From IMG/VR virus record IMGVR_UViG_3300020045_011964: 20,000 bases of DNA. One strand, written 5' to 3'. Below the pieces are notes generated by a model. It ran no database searches. It saw only the letters and a list, made by a program, of their open reading frames with translations, and was not told where the DNA came from. Each line of letters opens with the position of its first letter. Positions within the stretch are counted from its first letter, which is position 1. Shown here piece after piece: positions 8,554 to 16,659 of this stretch. The translations under genes and the position numbers were made by a program. Source of the DNA: an uncultured virus (IMG/VR IMGVR_UViG_3300020045_011964). Taxonomy: Duplodnaviria; Heunggongvirae; Uroviricota; Caudoviricetes.

Positions 8554-9435
8554 TTATCTCCCTGTTGTGATCCCGTCACGGGATTCTTTTCTTAGTTTTT
8601 TAGCAAACTGTTCGGTTGCTCTTTCGACATTTTCTTTTGCTTCTCGGTGAATGTCCTTAACAGACGCCCCTTTAACCAACGTCTCATCCGAGACTGCCAG
8701 AAACGGATCCTCCAAAAGAATATGAGAAGCCCGTTCGGTAAATCTCCGCAAAGCCTGATCCTCATAGTTTTCGTTCTGCCGTTCTCTCAGTCTGCGTTCA
8801 ATCGCTGACGGTGAATCGAACGGAGAGTTTTCAGGCTGTTTGATAAATTCCATTCCTTTACGGATTTGTCTGGCAACTTCGACAAACTTCATCGGATCGG
8901 CATAAGTGCCGTAACACGAGACACCGACTTTGGCTGACCTTTGACAGCACCCCAATGAATGATTGGCAATGGTCGCGAACCAAACATAAACATCCGTTGG
9001 CGGAATGGCCGGACGAAAAGGAACTGTCCTTTGCCGTTCCGGGCAATAAAAGCGCGTTGACTGTTCCCAATCAAGCGCGTATTGTTCGGGTTCTAACCGT
9101 GTCAAAACAATGTAACGCGGAACAAAGACATCTTTGACAAATTTTCCGTCATTGGTAAAAACCGATTTGTATAGAACGAACGGTCGTTTTATCTTCTCTG
9201 TCGGTCTGCCGTATAAATCCCAATCAATAAAAATCTCTTTCCAGAAAGACGTATCACCGTTCCAGACGATTTTGGCAATGGATTTATTGTCACGGGTGAC
9301 TCCCAAAACAGAGTCAAGCTCCTTTTGAACCATTGCCAGATATTCTTTTGACTCAGGCGCGGAGTAATCCAACCCCTGCACCCACGAATCGGGATTGTTC
9401 AAACTGACAAAAAATTGTGGTTGAACCGCTTCCAT
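8554..9435 (-). CDS. Hypothetical protein (293 aa)
   Basis: Long ORF tightly packed between neighbours. Contains a His/Cys cluster HSLGCC...SCYG. Confidence 0.65.
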   Translation of the reverse strand: MEAVQPQFFVSLNNPDSWVQGLDYSAPESKEYLAMVQKELDSVLGVTRDNKSIAKIVWNGDTSFWKEIFIDWDLYGRPTEKIKRPFVLYKSVFTNDGKFVKDVFVPRYIVLTRLEPEQYALDWEQSTRFYCPERQRTVPFRPAIPPTDVYVWFATIANHSLGCCQRSAKVGVSCYGTYADPMKFVEVARQIRKGMEFIKQPENSPFDSPSAIERRLRERQNENYEDQALRRFTERASHILLEDPFLAVSDETLVKGASVKDIHREAKENVERATEQFAKKLRKESRDGITTGR

Positions 9436-9437
9436 TT

Positions 9438-9656
9438 TTATTCGTTACAGGCAATCGTGGCATTTGCCAACATTCTTACTAAAGCGATTTGCCGAATCGC
9501 TACCGTTTGGTCGGCACAAGGCGGAGTATTATCCAAAACCACTTGTGCAAAATATTTTCCCGCTTCGGAAATCTTGGCATATCTTTCCGCTTGATCGCCT
9601 TTCGGGGCGTGATATGTGAACAAATTATCTAAATCCTGTGTGCTGTATCCAGCCAT
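9438..9656 (-). CDS. Acb2/Tad1-hairpin-like small protein, candidate nucleotide-signal sponge (72 aa)
   Basis: NLFTYHAPKGDQAERY..I...K.FA..V....P..ADQT.AI......MLANATIA matches the widespread phage FTYHxP...Y..IR...K.LA.....P.SRE..LA...L....MWANA.IA family, which I recall being annotated as Acb2/Tad1-domain proteins. Good GGGAG SD at 7-nt spacing. Confidence 0.7.
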   Translation of the reverse strand: MAGYSTQDLDNLFTYHAPKGDQAERYAKISEAGKYFAQVVLDNTPPCADQTVAIRQIALVRMLANATIACNE

Positions 9657-9662
9657 ATATTT

Positions 9663-9790
9663 TCTCCCTGTTTTTATTCATTTGTATCCCTGTTGCCTGC
9701 AAAGAAACGGAAAGACAAACAGGGATGTAAATTTCCTTCCGTTTCCTGAGTTGAGAGGAGTTGCAGGCTCCCGACCGCAAAACCCCTCAA
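9663..9790 (-). promoter_or_regulatory. Structured intergenic RNA (hairpin plus pseudoknot / alternative anti-SD pairing) between the capsid and Acb2/Tad1-like genes
   Basis: Hairpin at 9751-9790. Stem A 9734-9746 : 9703-9715 (13 bp). Segment B 9717-9726 is complementary to both 9686-9694 and the SD-containing 9665-9673. Confidence 0.6.
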
Positions 9791-9807
9791 ATACCTATAA
9801 ACCTTTA

Positions 9808-11148
9808 TCACACAAGACTTATGCCTTCGGAAATTTGGCTTAACGACGGGGTCGTTAAATTATGGATGTATGCCGAACTGTTCGGTGCGCCACCCATTTT
9901 ATTACTTCCGTCATCACCGCGCATATCAAAAGCAAAGTTGTAGGCTTCGCCCCAATTGCGGTATTTTTCGGTTGAACCGACAAAGTTGGTTCCGACATAC
10001 TGCGTTGCGCCTTCCGAAATTTCCTGCATATCCGACTGACGGTATTCAAAGTAGGAATTCCGGTCTCGCAAGTCAATGAAGTTATCTTCAAAATCCGCGT
10101 CCTGAATAAATTCCGTATCTTCGTCCTCGTAGTTGTTCGGATGTCCGTAAGTGGTATCAGCCTGTCCTTTTTCAGCGTTATAATCCCGCAAGGCATACCC
10201 GAAGGACGCAAGGGTTTTATAGTTGCCAATGGTCAGATGACAAATACGTTTTTTACGCGCATCAACATCATTGGCACGGGTTTGCAGAGAACCTTTAAGG
10301 GTGTCCATTGTGGTCGGATTGACAAGTGCCGCTCCGCCGTCAACCGCACGGGAATTCAAAAAAGCGGTAGTTGAAGCAGAAGTGGAAATGCCCTGATAAA
10401 GCCTCGCGGTTGACGAGAAGTGATAAGCGTGACCGTAGGGAACTTTTTTATAGTGACCGTATTTGACGACTACTTCTCCGGCTGTAATCGTTCCGCCGTC
10501 AGTGATGACAGTGGTTGCGGTTGTCGCCGAAGTTTTAGCGGTGATATAAAAGGTCGCACCGAGCGCATCGGTCGAAGTGTTGTAGGATTGATACAAAATC
10601 CGTTTACCGGCGGTAGTAAATGGCGATACCGCAAGTCTTAAACTACCCTTGCTTCTGCCTCTCGCGGTTCCGTCATTGGTAAAAGTAACGGTTGCTCCCG
10701 AAACGCTTGAGACTACTCCCAATGCTCCGTTGCCCGAACCCAACCGATAATAATTATGGTGCTGCATATAGGTTTTCAAGGCATCGTCACGCAGTTTCGA
10801 CTGGCCCCACGGCAGGTTGCCGTTCATCGCGTCTTTTTCGTGGAAATGCTCGAACTCGACCGTAAATCCGGTAAAGGTCAAACCGACATACATTTTATTG
10901 GTCGTCGGAGCATACATTCTTTCAAATGATGTTCCTCCGTTGTATGGATCAAGGGCGGTTTCGCCGTGAACCAATCCTTCCTGAATAGGAATTTCCAGAC
11001 CCGCGAGTTGTCCTTGTTCGCCCGCCGCTCCGCGTCCTGACTTATACGAATTTTTCGTAACGGCCATTTGTGATTGATATTTAATGATAGTCTTTCGCAA
11101 TTGCGCCCTGACGGCTGCCGAGAGACTCTCGTTGACATTTAGATACAT
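9808..11148 (-). CDS. Major capsid protein (446 aa)
   Basis: Directly follows portal and scaffold. Strong AAGGAG SD, double stop TGA TAA, downstream hairpin. Size fits an HK97-fold capsid with a central beta-rich insertion. Confidence 0.75.
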   Translation of the reverse strand: MYLNVNESLSAAVRAQLRKTIIKYQSQMAVTKNSYKSGRGAAGEQGQLAGLEIPIQEGLVHGETALDPYNGGTSFERMYAPTTNKMYVGLTFTGFTVEFEHFHEKDAMNGNLPWGQSKLRDDALKTYMQHHNYYRLGSGNGALGVVSSVSGATVTFTNDGTARGRSKGSLRLAVSPFTTAGKRILYQSYNTSTDALGATFYITAKTSATTATTVITDGGTITAGEVVVKYGHYKKVPYGHAYHFSSTARLYQGISTSASTTAFLNSRAVDGGAALVNPTTMDTLKGSLQTRANDVDARKKRICHLTIGNYKTLASFGYALRDYNAEKGQADTTYGHPNNYEDEDTEFIQDADFEDNFIDLRDRNSYFEYRQSDMQEISEGATQYVGTNFVGSTEKYRNWGEAYNFAFDMRGDDGSNKMGGAPNSSAYIHNLTTPSLSQISEGISLV

Positions 11149-11195
11149 ATAATTGCTCTCCTTATAAAAATATAAAACCCCTTGTCTAAAAATTC

Positions 11196-12791
11196 CTAAG
11201 TTGCCTGCGTCCGTCTTTTACGGGCTTCTTCGGCGATATATTTATTCAAATCCTCCAATGACATATCATTGAAGGTCTTTTCGATATTGGTCGAAACCGA
11301 AGTATTGGCGGCGGCGATCTTCGGACGGACGACTTCTTTCTTCTTTAAGGTCGGAACTGCCGTGATTTTCTTTTTCAGGGCTTCACCGCTATCCGTTACT
11401 TTTAGTGCCAAAAATTGTCCTTTGACCGATTTTTCGTGCTTGGTCAGCTCGCGGATAAAGTTTTCTTTATTGCCGGTTTCAAGCTCGACGGCACGATGCG
11501 ACATTTCAATTCCTTTGGCTTTCTGATCCGCTCTGATCTTTTCAAGATATTTTATCTTGCACTCGGTTTGATAGATCTGATTGATAATTTTAGCGACCGT
11601 TGCCCATTCCGCTTTAATGCCGATAGCTTCCAATTGTTTTTGGGCTAATTTGGCAAAATCGTCCGCATCCGAAAAGGCATTGATCATTAGTTGCGCAAAC
11701 GCGGCGGCATCTGCTTTGGCGGCAATCTCACCGACAGTCGGGGCAAGTTGTTTGGCTAAATCTTCAACCGATGACTCGATAAAGGAAATGATAGTGCCGT
11801 TATAAGCGGCCAGACCCTGCTCACGGGCATAAGACTCGTTATCAACCGGAATCTGCCGTTCGCGTTCCCATTTTTCGCGCTCACTGTCCATCATTCTCTG
11901 TTCACGGGCAAGTTTTTGATTTAAGTTGATTAATGACTGTTTAGCGGCCATCTTTTCGGTTTCAAGTGCCTGCGGATCACGCCAGATGATCAATGCCTGT
12001 TCACGCTGATCTTCAATTTCTTCGCGTTCGGATGAATACCAGTAAGCGTCAAGATATTTTCTGTCAATTCCTTCGGGCAAATAGCTTGGTCGCGGAAAGT
12101 TTCCGCCGTTTCTCAGCACAAGGTCAATGACTTCCATCTGCTGTTCGGAAATCCCGAAATCATCCATTATAATTTCGTGGAGACGTGAAAATGACGGGTA
12201 TTTAGCTGACCGTTCTGCCAAACGATCTTCAACCAATTGACTGAATTCCTTCGGATAAGTTTTTTGCAAAAGTTCTCTAGCCGGTGCGGTGTCGGGAACC
12301 CAACTGCCGTCCTCCGCCTGTTTATATTCCGAGGCAAGATGGTTAAAAGCGGTCATGTGCTGTTCAGCGACCTTATCCATCGGTTGAACCTGCGACAATC
12401 TTTCAATTTCGGCATCCCGGCGGGTTATCATTGCCGTCAAAGGCGCGGGAAGCTCGACAAGTTCAAGGTATTCGGTTTCTTCTGCCTGAATCGTTTCAAC
12501 CGGCGCATTTTCCGTAAAGGTAAATTCTGCGACTCGTTTTTCGATAGCGGCGATTTCTTCCGCTTCGGGAATTTTGGTTTCTTCAACCTTATCGCCTTCT
12601 TTTTTATCATCATCCAAAACGACTTCGCCTTCGATAACGTCGTCTGTTTTGGCTTCGGGTGTGGAAGTATCGGTAGTTGCCGTATCTTCTGTTTTTGTTT
12701 CCGGCACTTCTTTTCCGCCCGACGCGATAAACGCATCCAGTTCGGCATCCGGCATTGCATCAAAATCTAAAGTTGGAATTTGTCCGTCCAT
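11196..12791 (-). CDS. Putative capsid scaffolding protein (531 aa)
   Basis: Lies between portal and capsid. Very acidic low-complexity N-terminus, coiled-coil body, C-terminal helix FNDMSLEDLNKYIAEEARKRR. Confidence 0.65.
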   Translation of the reverse strand: MDGQIPTLDFDAMPDAELDAFIASGGKEVPETKTEDTATTDTSTPEAKTDDVIEGEVVLDDDKKEGDKVEETKIPEAEEIAAIEKRVAEFTFTENAPVETIQAEETEYLELVELPAPLTAMITRRDAEIERLSQVQPMDKVAEQHMTAFNHLASEYKQAEDGSWVPDTAPARELLQKTYPKEFSQLVEDRLAERSAKYPSFSRLHEIIMDDFGISEQQMEVIDLVLRNGGNFPRPSYLPEGIDRKYLDAYWYSSEREEIEDQREQALIIWRDPQALETEKMAAKQSLINLNQKLAREQRMMDSEREKWERERQIPVDNESYAREQGLAAYNGTIISFIESSVEDLAKQLAPTVGEIAAKADAAAFAQLMINAFSDADDFAKLAQKQLEAIGIKAEWATVAKIINQIYQTECKIKYLEKIRADQKAKGIEMSHRAVELETGNKENFIRELTKHEKSVKGQFLALKVTDSGEALKKKITAVPTLKKKEVVRPKIAAANTSVSTNIEKTFNDMSLEDLNKYIAEEARKRRTQAT

Positions 12792-12822
12792 TTGTATAAA
12801 TATCTCCCTGTTTATTTACTGC

Positions 12823-15477
12823 TTATTTTTTAGCTGCTTTAGGGCGATTTCTGCCCTGCACCTTTAATTTCTCAATTTCCAATGACCTTTTGTGGTCACG
12901 ATTTGCGCGTTCTTCGTCTCTTTGAAACTGCATATCCGCGCCTTCCTGTTCACGACTGAAACTTTCTTCTTCGGCGATCTGTCCGCCAAGCGCACCCATT
13001 AGTTCGCCCTGCATCTGTTGTTCGCCCTGCATTTGCATTTGCTGATTTTGCTGGTCAATCATCGGTTGCTGAATTGCCTGAGTAGCAATCGCCGCCTGTG
13101 CCTGCAACGCAAGTTGAACTCCCTGCTGCATCGCCATCAATCCGCCCTGAAACTGAACTTCCGAACGATAATGCCGCCAGATCAGTGATTGAACGGATGC
13201 CGCCTGCAACGGAGTCCACGAATCTGCCGCTTCGTCGTCAACGTATTCGCGTAAGATTTCCGCTTTGATGGTGGCGTTATCTTCGGTTGGCTGAACGGGC
13301 GGAACGACCTGATTGACAACCTGTTCGGCGGCCATCTCGACCGGTATCTGAATACCTGACAACATCATTATCTGTTCTTCTTCAAGTGCTTTTTGGAGAA
13401 CAAAATCAATCCGTTTCTGACAGACCATTAAAATTTCGGTGTAATTAAAAATTGGCAAATCAACGTCAAATTCTCTGGCAATAAAAGCGGCGAGACGCGG
13501 TTTCATATCAATCAAACCCATCACGTCAATGCCCGCACCGCCGAGTTTTTCTAAAAGACGTTCAAAGTTAATCCGTTTGATCATCCGGTTTGTCGGTTGT
13601 TCGCTGCCGCCGACCGCATCACAATAAATTTTTTCGGGAAGCTCTGCGCCGGAAATAAATTTGCCTTTGGTGAGCGAGAATTTATCGTTTGAACCGATTA
13701 ATTTCGGGATTTTTATATGAGTTCTGAAAAGTTCCAGAACATCCTCAAAAACTCTGGCTCTCAGATAGGCTTTCATCCTCAAGGTCGCCGCGCTTCTCTG
13801 CATATTTTGGGCTTGCAGCATTTCCTGTCCGCCGAGAGTATTGATGTCAACCTTGTCGGACGCCACCCCATCAGTAAAATTTGTGGTTTGAAAGACAATG
13901 TTCAAAAGGTTTGATAATTGGGCGACGTATTGAAGGTTGCCGTTGTCTATCGGCCCCATCTCTAATCGCTTAATAGCAGCCTCGACCCCGTTATAGTTCG
14001 TTCCGCGCATTTTGATGCCGACCAAACCGCCGGGCTTCATCAGGGCTTTAGCCTGCGTCGCGCTCATCACATCCGAGTCATACCACGTTCCCGCACCTGC
14101 CGCAAAGCGTTTTAATTGAGCCATTGCCGCCGAATGAGCAATATTGAGATGTTCGGAAACTTCAATTGAATCCTGAGTTCCTTTACCGACACCGGAGTTA
14201 GCCTGAATATGATAAACGGTTGAATTTGTCCGGCATTTCTCATTAAAAACTCCGGGCATTACCGTCATATCATTAAACCCGAAGCAGTACATCCCATCCG
14301 GGAAAATATCCGAATAGAGTTGTCCTTTTTTGATGGAAATACCCGAAACGGTCTTTTCGTTTTCTTCGGCACGTCTCCCTGCATAAAAATCAGGCTTAAG
14401 CCACAGCTCGTGAAGGATAGCCGTGCCGGGCTTGAATTCGTAATTGCCGATAATATTGTCGCGTCCCCATCCCCGAACCGAACCGCCGCGTGTTCCTAAA
14501 GCATTGAGAACTCTTAACCCGTCATCAAAATCACCGTCCTCATCCTGAATGTCAATGTTCAGGAGAGAACGGACAACGTGGCTTGATACTTCGGTTTGCT
14601 GATGAGTCCAGAGGTTTCTATCATCCTGAATAAGATACCGCATATCCCAGTTAAGACAACCAATGTCAATCAAGTCAATAGCAATGTCGCCCTGCGTAAA
14701 TTCTTCGGCAGCAACAACTACGGGTGCTTTAACAATTTGTTCGGGAACAAGGTCGGAAATATTAAATGAACCGCAATGCGGGCATTGTGGCATCATCATC
14801 TCGCTTTTCGGCTGGAATTCCTTTGGCGTTCCTTCATACCCGCAGGTCGCGCAATAGCCGTAACCGTCGTAAATTTTCTGTTCTTTATCTTCTAAAATCG
14901 GCGAGATTTGTTTGAGAGTATTTAATTTTTCATCATATTGAACTCTGATAGCGATTGTTCCCCAATCCATTGCTATCAACGATTCCTGCTGATGAAAGAG
15001 TTCGGTTATCTGCGACGTGTCGTAATGCTGAATGATTTGTTCAATTGTCGCCTGAATGATTTTTGACTCGTTGGTATTGCCGAAATCACGGGGAATAACT
15101 TTCGGTTTGGAATCCGACCAAATTGAAGTTAAAGAAGTGGAGTTGACCTGTGCCAGAGGATGATTGTGGCGGTCTGAATTGGTGGTTCGGGGAAGGTTTT
15201 TAATTAGCGAATAATGTCCGTAAACGGGGTCTTGAAACATTATCAATTTGCCTGACCTGAGAGACGCCATCAATCTCGCACCTTCCGCGTGTTCGCGTCG
15301 TTCAATCACATTTCTATATCGCAAATCCGAAAAAACTTCTTTCAGATACGAGTGAACGGACGATTCCCTATAAGCGGTATCGGATTGCTTTTTTGCTTTT
15401 CGCAAAGATTCCAACGGGGCAAAATTTACCCTGTCAGCCGGATTTTCGGTCTTTAAGTCAAACACGCCAAAGTTCAA
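12823..15477 (-). CDS. Portal protein, P22-like, with zinc-ribbon insertion and Gln-rich C-terminal coiled coil (884 aa)
   Basis: Largest gene between terminase and scaffold/capsid. Contains KPGGLVGIK and NTLGGQEMLQAQNMQRS segments and a QQQNQQMQMQ-type barrel tail typical of podovirus portals. TTG start, exact start uncertain. Confidence 0.78.
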   Translation of the reverse strand: MNFGVFDLKTENPADRVNFAPLESLRKAKKQSDTAYRESSVHSYLKEVFSDLRYRNVIERREHAEGARLMASLRSGKLIMFQDPVYGHYSLIKNLPRTTNSDRHNHPLAQVNSTSLTSIWSDSKPKVIPRDFGNTNESKIIQATIEQIIQHYDTSQITELFHQQESLIAMDWGTIAIRVQYDEKLNTLKQISPILEDKEQKIYDGYGYCATCGYEGTPKEFQPKSEMMMPQCPHCGSFNISDLVPEQIVKAPVVVAAEEFTQGDIAIDLIDIGCLNWDMRYLIQDDRNLWTHQQTEVSSHVVRSLLNIDIQDEDGDFDDGLRVLNALGTRGGSVRGWGRDNIIGNYEFKPGTAILHELWLKPDFYAGRRAEENEKTVSGISIKKGQLYSDIFPDGMYCFGFNDMTVMPGVFNEKCRTNSTVYHIQANSGVGKGTQDSIEVSEHLNIAHSAAMAQLKRFAAGAGTWYDSDVMSATQAKALMKPGGLVGIKMRGTNYNGVEAAIKRLEMGPIDNGNLQYVAQLSNLLNIVFQTTNFTDGVASDKVDINTLGGQEMLQAQNMQRSAATLRMKAYLRARVFEDVLELFRTHIKIPKLIGSNDKFSLTKGKFISGAELPEKIYCDAVGGSEQPTNRMIKRINFERLLEKLGGAGIDVMGLIDMKPRLAAFIAREFDVDLPIFNYTEILMVCQKRIDFVLQKALEEEQIMMLSGIQIPVEMAAEQVVNQVVPPVQPTEDNATIKAEILREYVDDEAADSWTPLQAASVQSLIWRHYRSEVQFQGGLMAMQQGVQLALQAQAAIATQAIQQPMIDQQNQQMQMQGEQQMQGELMGALGGQIAEEESFSREQEGADMQFQRDEERANRDHKRSLEIEKLKVQGRNRPKAAKK

Positions 15478-15480
15478 AAA

Positions 15481-15882
15481 CTATCTAAGATACTTTTCGG
15501 GGTGCAGAACAAAAATGTCGCCTCTTAAGGCTGCCAGATATTCGTCCGAAATCGGGATACCCCGGTCTTTAGCGGACGTGACCATCTGAGCATAAACATC
15601 TTCAAGTTCCTGCAACTCGATTGAACTCAAGCCGTGGGGATTTTCTGGATTTGGGGTAGGATCATCGTTGACGTAAAGGGTAGGTGCGTCAAGGACGTTT
15701 TGGGTTAAAGGGGTTCTTTGTCCGGGTCGGGTATGTCCGGGAAACTGTTCTAAAAAACGGTTTGCCCATTCGCTCTCGCGGACACGGTTGGAGTCAATCT
15801 CACTAAAAAGCTGCCGTTCTAACAGACGGCAACGCTCACAGTTGACTGCCTCCAAACCGAATAATCTTGCAAAGAATCCCAT
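15481..15882 (-). CDS. Hypothetical protein (~133 aa, CxxC near N-terminus)
   Basis: Tightly packed between the 100-aa gene and portal. ATG at 15882 (alternative TTG 15885). Confidence 0.65.
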   Translation of the reverse strand: MGFFARLFGLEAVNCERCRLLERQLFSEIDSNRVRESEWANRFLEQFPGHTRPGQRTPLTQNVLDAPTLYVNDDPTPNPENPHGLSSIELQELEDVYAQMVTSAKDRGIPISDEYLAALRGDIFVLHPEKYLR

Positions 15883-15887
15883 CAATA

Positions 15888-16190
15888 TTAGTAACGGGTA
15901 GCGCGACCGCGACCACCGTTGCTGATAGCCAGCATCGTCGCTTTGTCCACATCGCTGCCGGTCAGATAAGTAGAATCAAAATTGTCTATTAAATCCAACG
16001 AACCTTTGATGCGATTGCCCCACGTTCGCTGTGAAACGTGACCGGCATCGTTATCGGTGTCAACCGCCGCTTTAGCCGCCGCCAGAGACGTTAAATCTCC
16101 GTCCGCTAAATAATCGGTGTCGTCTCCGAACAGCAAACCGCCTTTGATAACAGCCTTCAAAGGTTCTTCCGAAATATGTGTTGTAGCCAT
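15888..16190 (-). CDS. Hypothetical protein (100 aa), first gene of the head operon
   Basis: AGGAG SD and ATG. Asp/Ala/Gly-rich, virion-protein-like composition. Confidence 0.7.
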   Translation of the reverse strand: MATTHISEEPLKAVIKGGLLFGDDTDYLADGDLTSLAAAKAAVDTDNDAGHVSQRTWGNRIKGSLDLIDNFDSTYLTGSDVDKATMLAISNGGRGRATRY

Positions 16191-16223
16191 AATTACTCCT
16201 GAATAATTGCGCTTAAAATAAAT

Positions 16224-16318
16224 GAAACGGATGGTATCGCGTAAAAATCAGTAAGTCCATCCGATTAAGCATCATTGTCCTGAAAAATAACGCTATCTCA
16301 AACGATACCACCCATTCC
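16224..16318 (-). promoter_or_regulatory. Long G-U-containing RNA stem in the 5' leader of the head operon
   Basis: Minus-strand GGAAUGGGUGGUAUCGU (16318-16302) pairs over 17 nt with GCGAUACCAUCCGUUUC (16240-16224). The four DNA mismatches are all G-U pairs on this strand. Confidence 0.6.
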
Positions 16319-16388
16319 GAAAAATAACACGAAAAAAATAATTTATCAATGAAAAAATAAAATTCACATAAAAAAGATTGTTGCAGAC

Positions 16389-16418
16389 AAAAACCCGCTT
16401 GTGCTAGCCAAACGGGTT
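16389..16418 (-). terminator. Intrinsic terminator-like hairpin just downstream of the minus-strand promoter
   Basis: AACCCGUUUG-GCUAGCA-CAAGCGGGUU-UUU on the minus strand. Confidence 0.6.
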
Positions 16419-16458
16419 GGAGAATAAGAAAAAAAAACAAATTTACACTGCAATCCGT

Positions 16459-16487
16459 ATCTTAAGCCAATATTTTTGAAAAAGCAA
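16459..16487 (-). promoter_or_regulatory. Sigma70-like promoter facing the head operon
   Basis: TTGCTT (16487-16482), 17-bp spacer, TAAGAT (16464-16459). Confidence 0.55.
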
Positions 16488-16499
16488 CAGTTTTTTTAT

Positions 16500-16528
16500 T
16501 TGACAGTTTTATGTTTTTTGTTTAGGGT
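16500..16528 (+). promoter_or_regulatory. Sigma70-like promoter, divergent, antisense to the terminase transcript
   Basis: Perfect TTGACA (16500-16505), 17-bp spacer, TAGGGT (16523-16528), with a T-rich upstream tract. Confidence 0.5.
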
Positions 16529-16571
16529 TACAGATAGATGAAAGCCTAATGGGGATTAGCTTACAAACTGC

Positions 16572-16601
16572 AAAGAGTCAGGAAATTTCCTGACTCTTTT
16601 T
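16572..16601. terminator. Bidirectional intrinsic terminator (perfect 28-bp palindrome)
   Basis: AAAGAGTCAGGAAATTTCCTGACTCTTT (16572-16599), ending in a T5 run on + and TTT on -. Sits 60 bp past the last gene of the terminase unit. Confidence 0.8.
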
Positions 16602-16659
16602 GCATAAAGGAGATCCACGTTCAATGAAAACTAAAACAAACGCGAAACTTGTCTTTAAT

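Noticed and set aside
9790..9830. Capsid C-terminal extension by frameshift or readthrough stimulated by the downstream structure
   Set aside because: No slippery heptamer at the gene end, and the stop is doubled (TGA TAA).
11149..11195. Possible internal promoter TAGACA-16-TATAAG before the capsid gene
   Set aside because: Weak match, and the -10 overlaps the SD, so the transcript would lack its RBS.
16213..16440. 75-aa Phe-rich ORF
   Set aside because: No SD, low-complexity translation of T-tracts, and it overlaps the terminator and RNA stem; more likely a non-coding leader.
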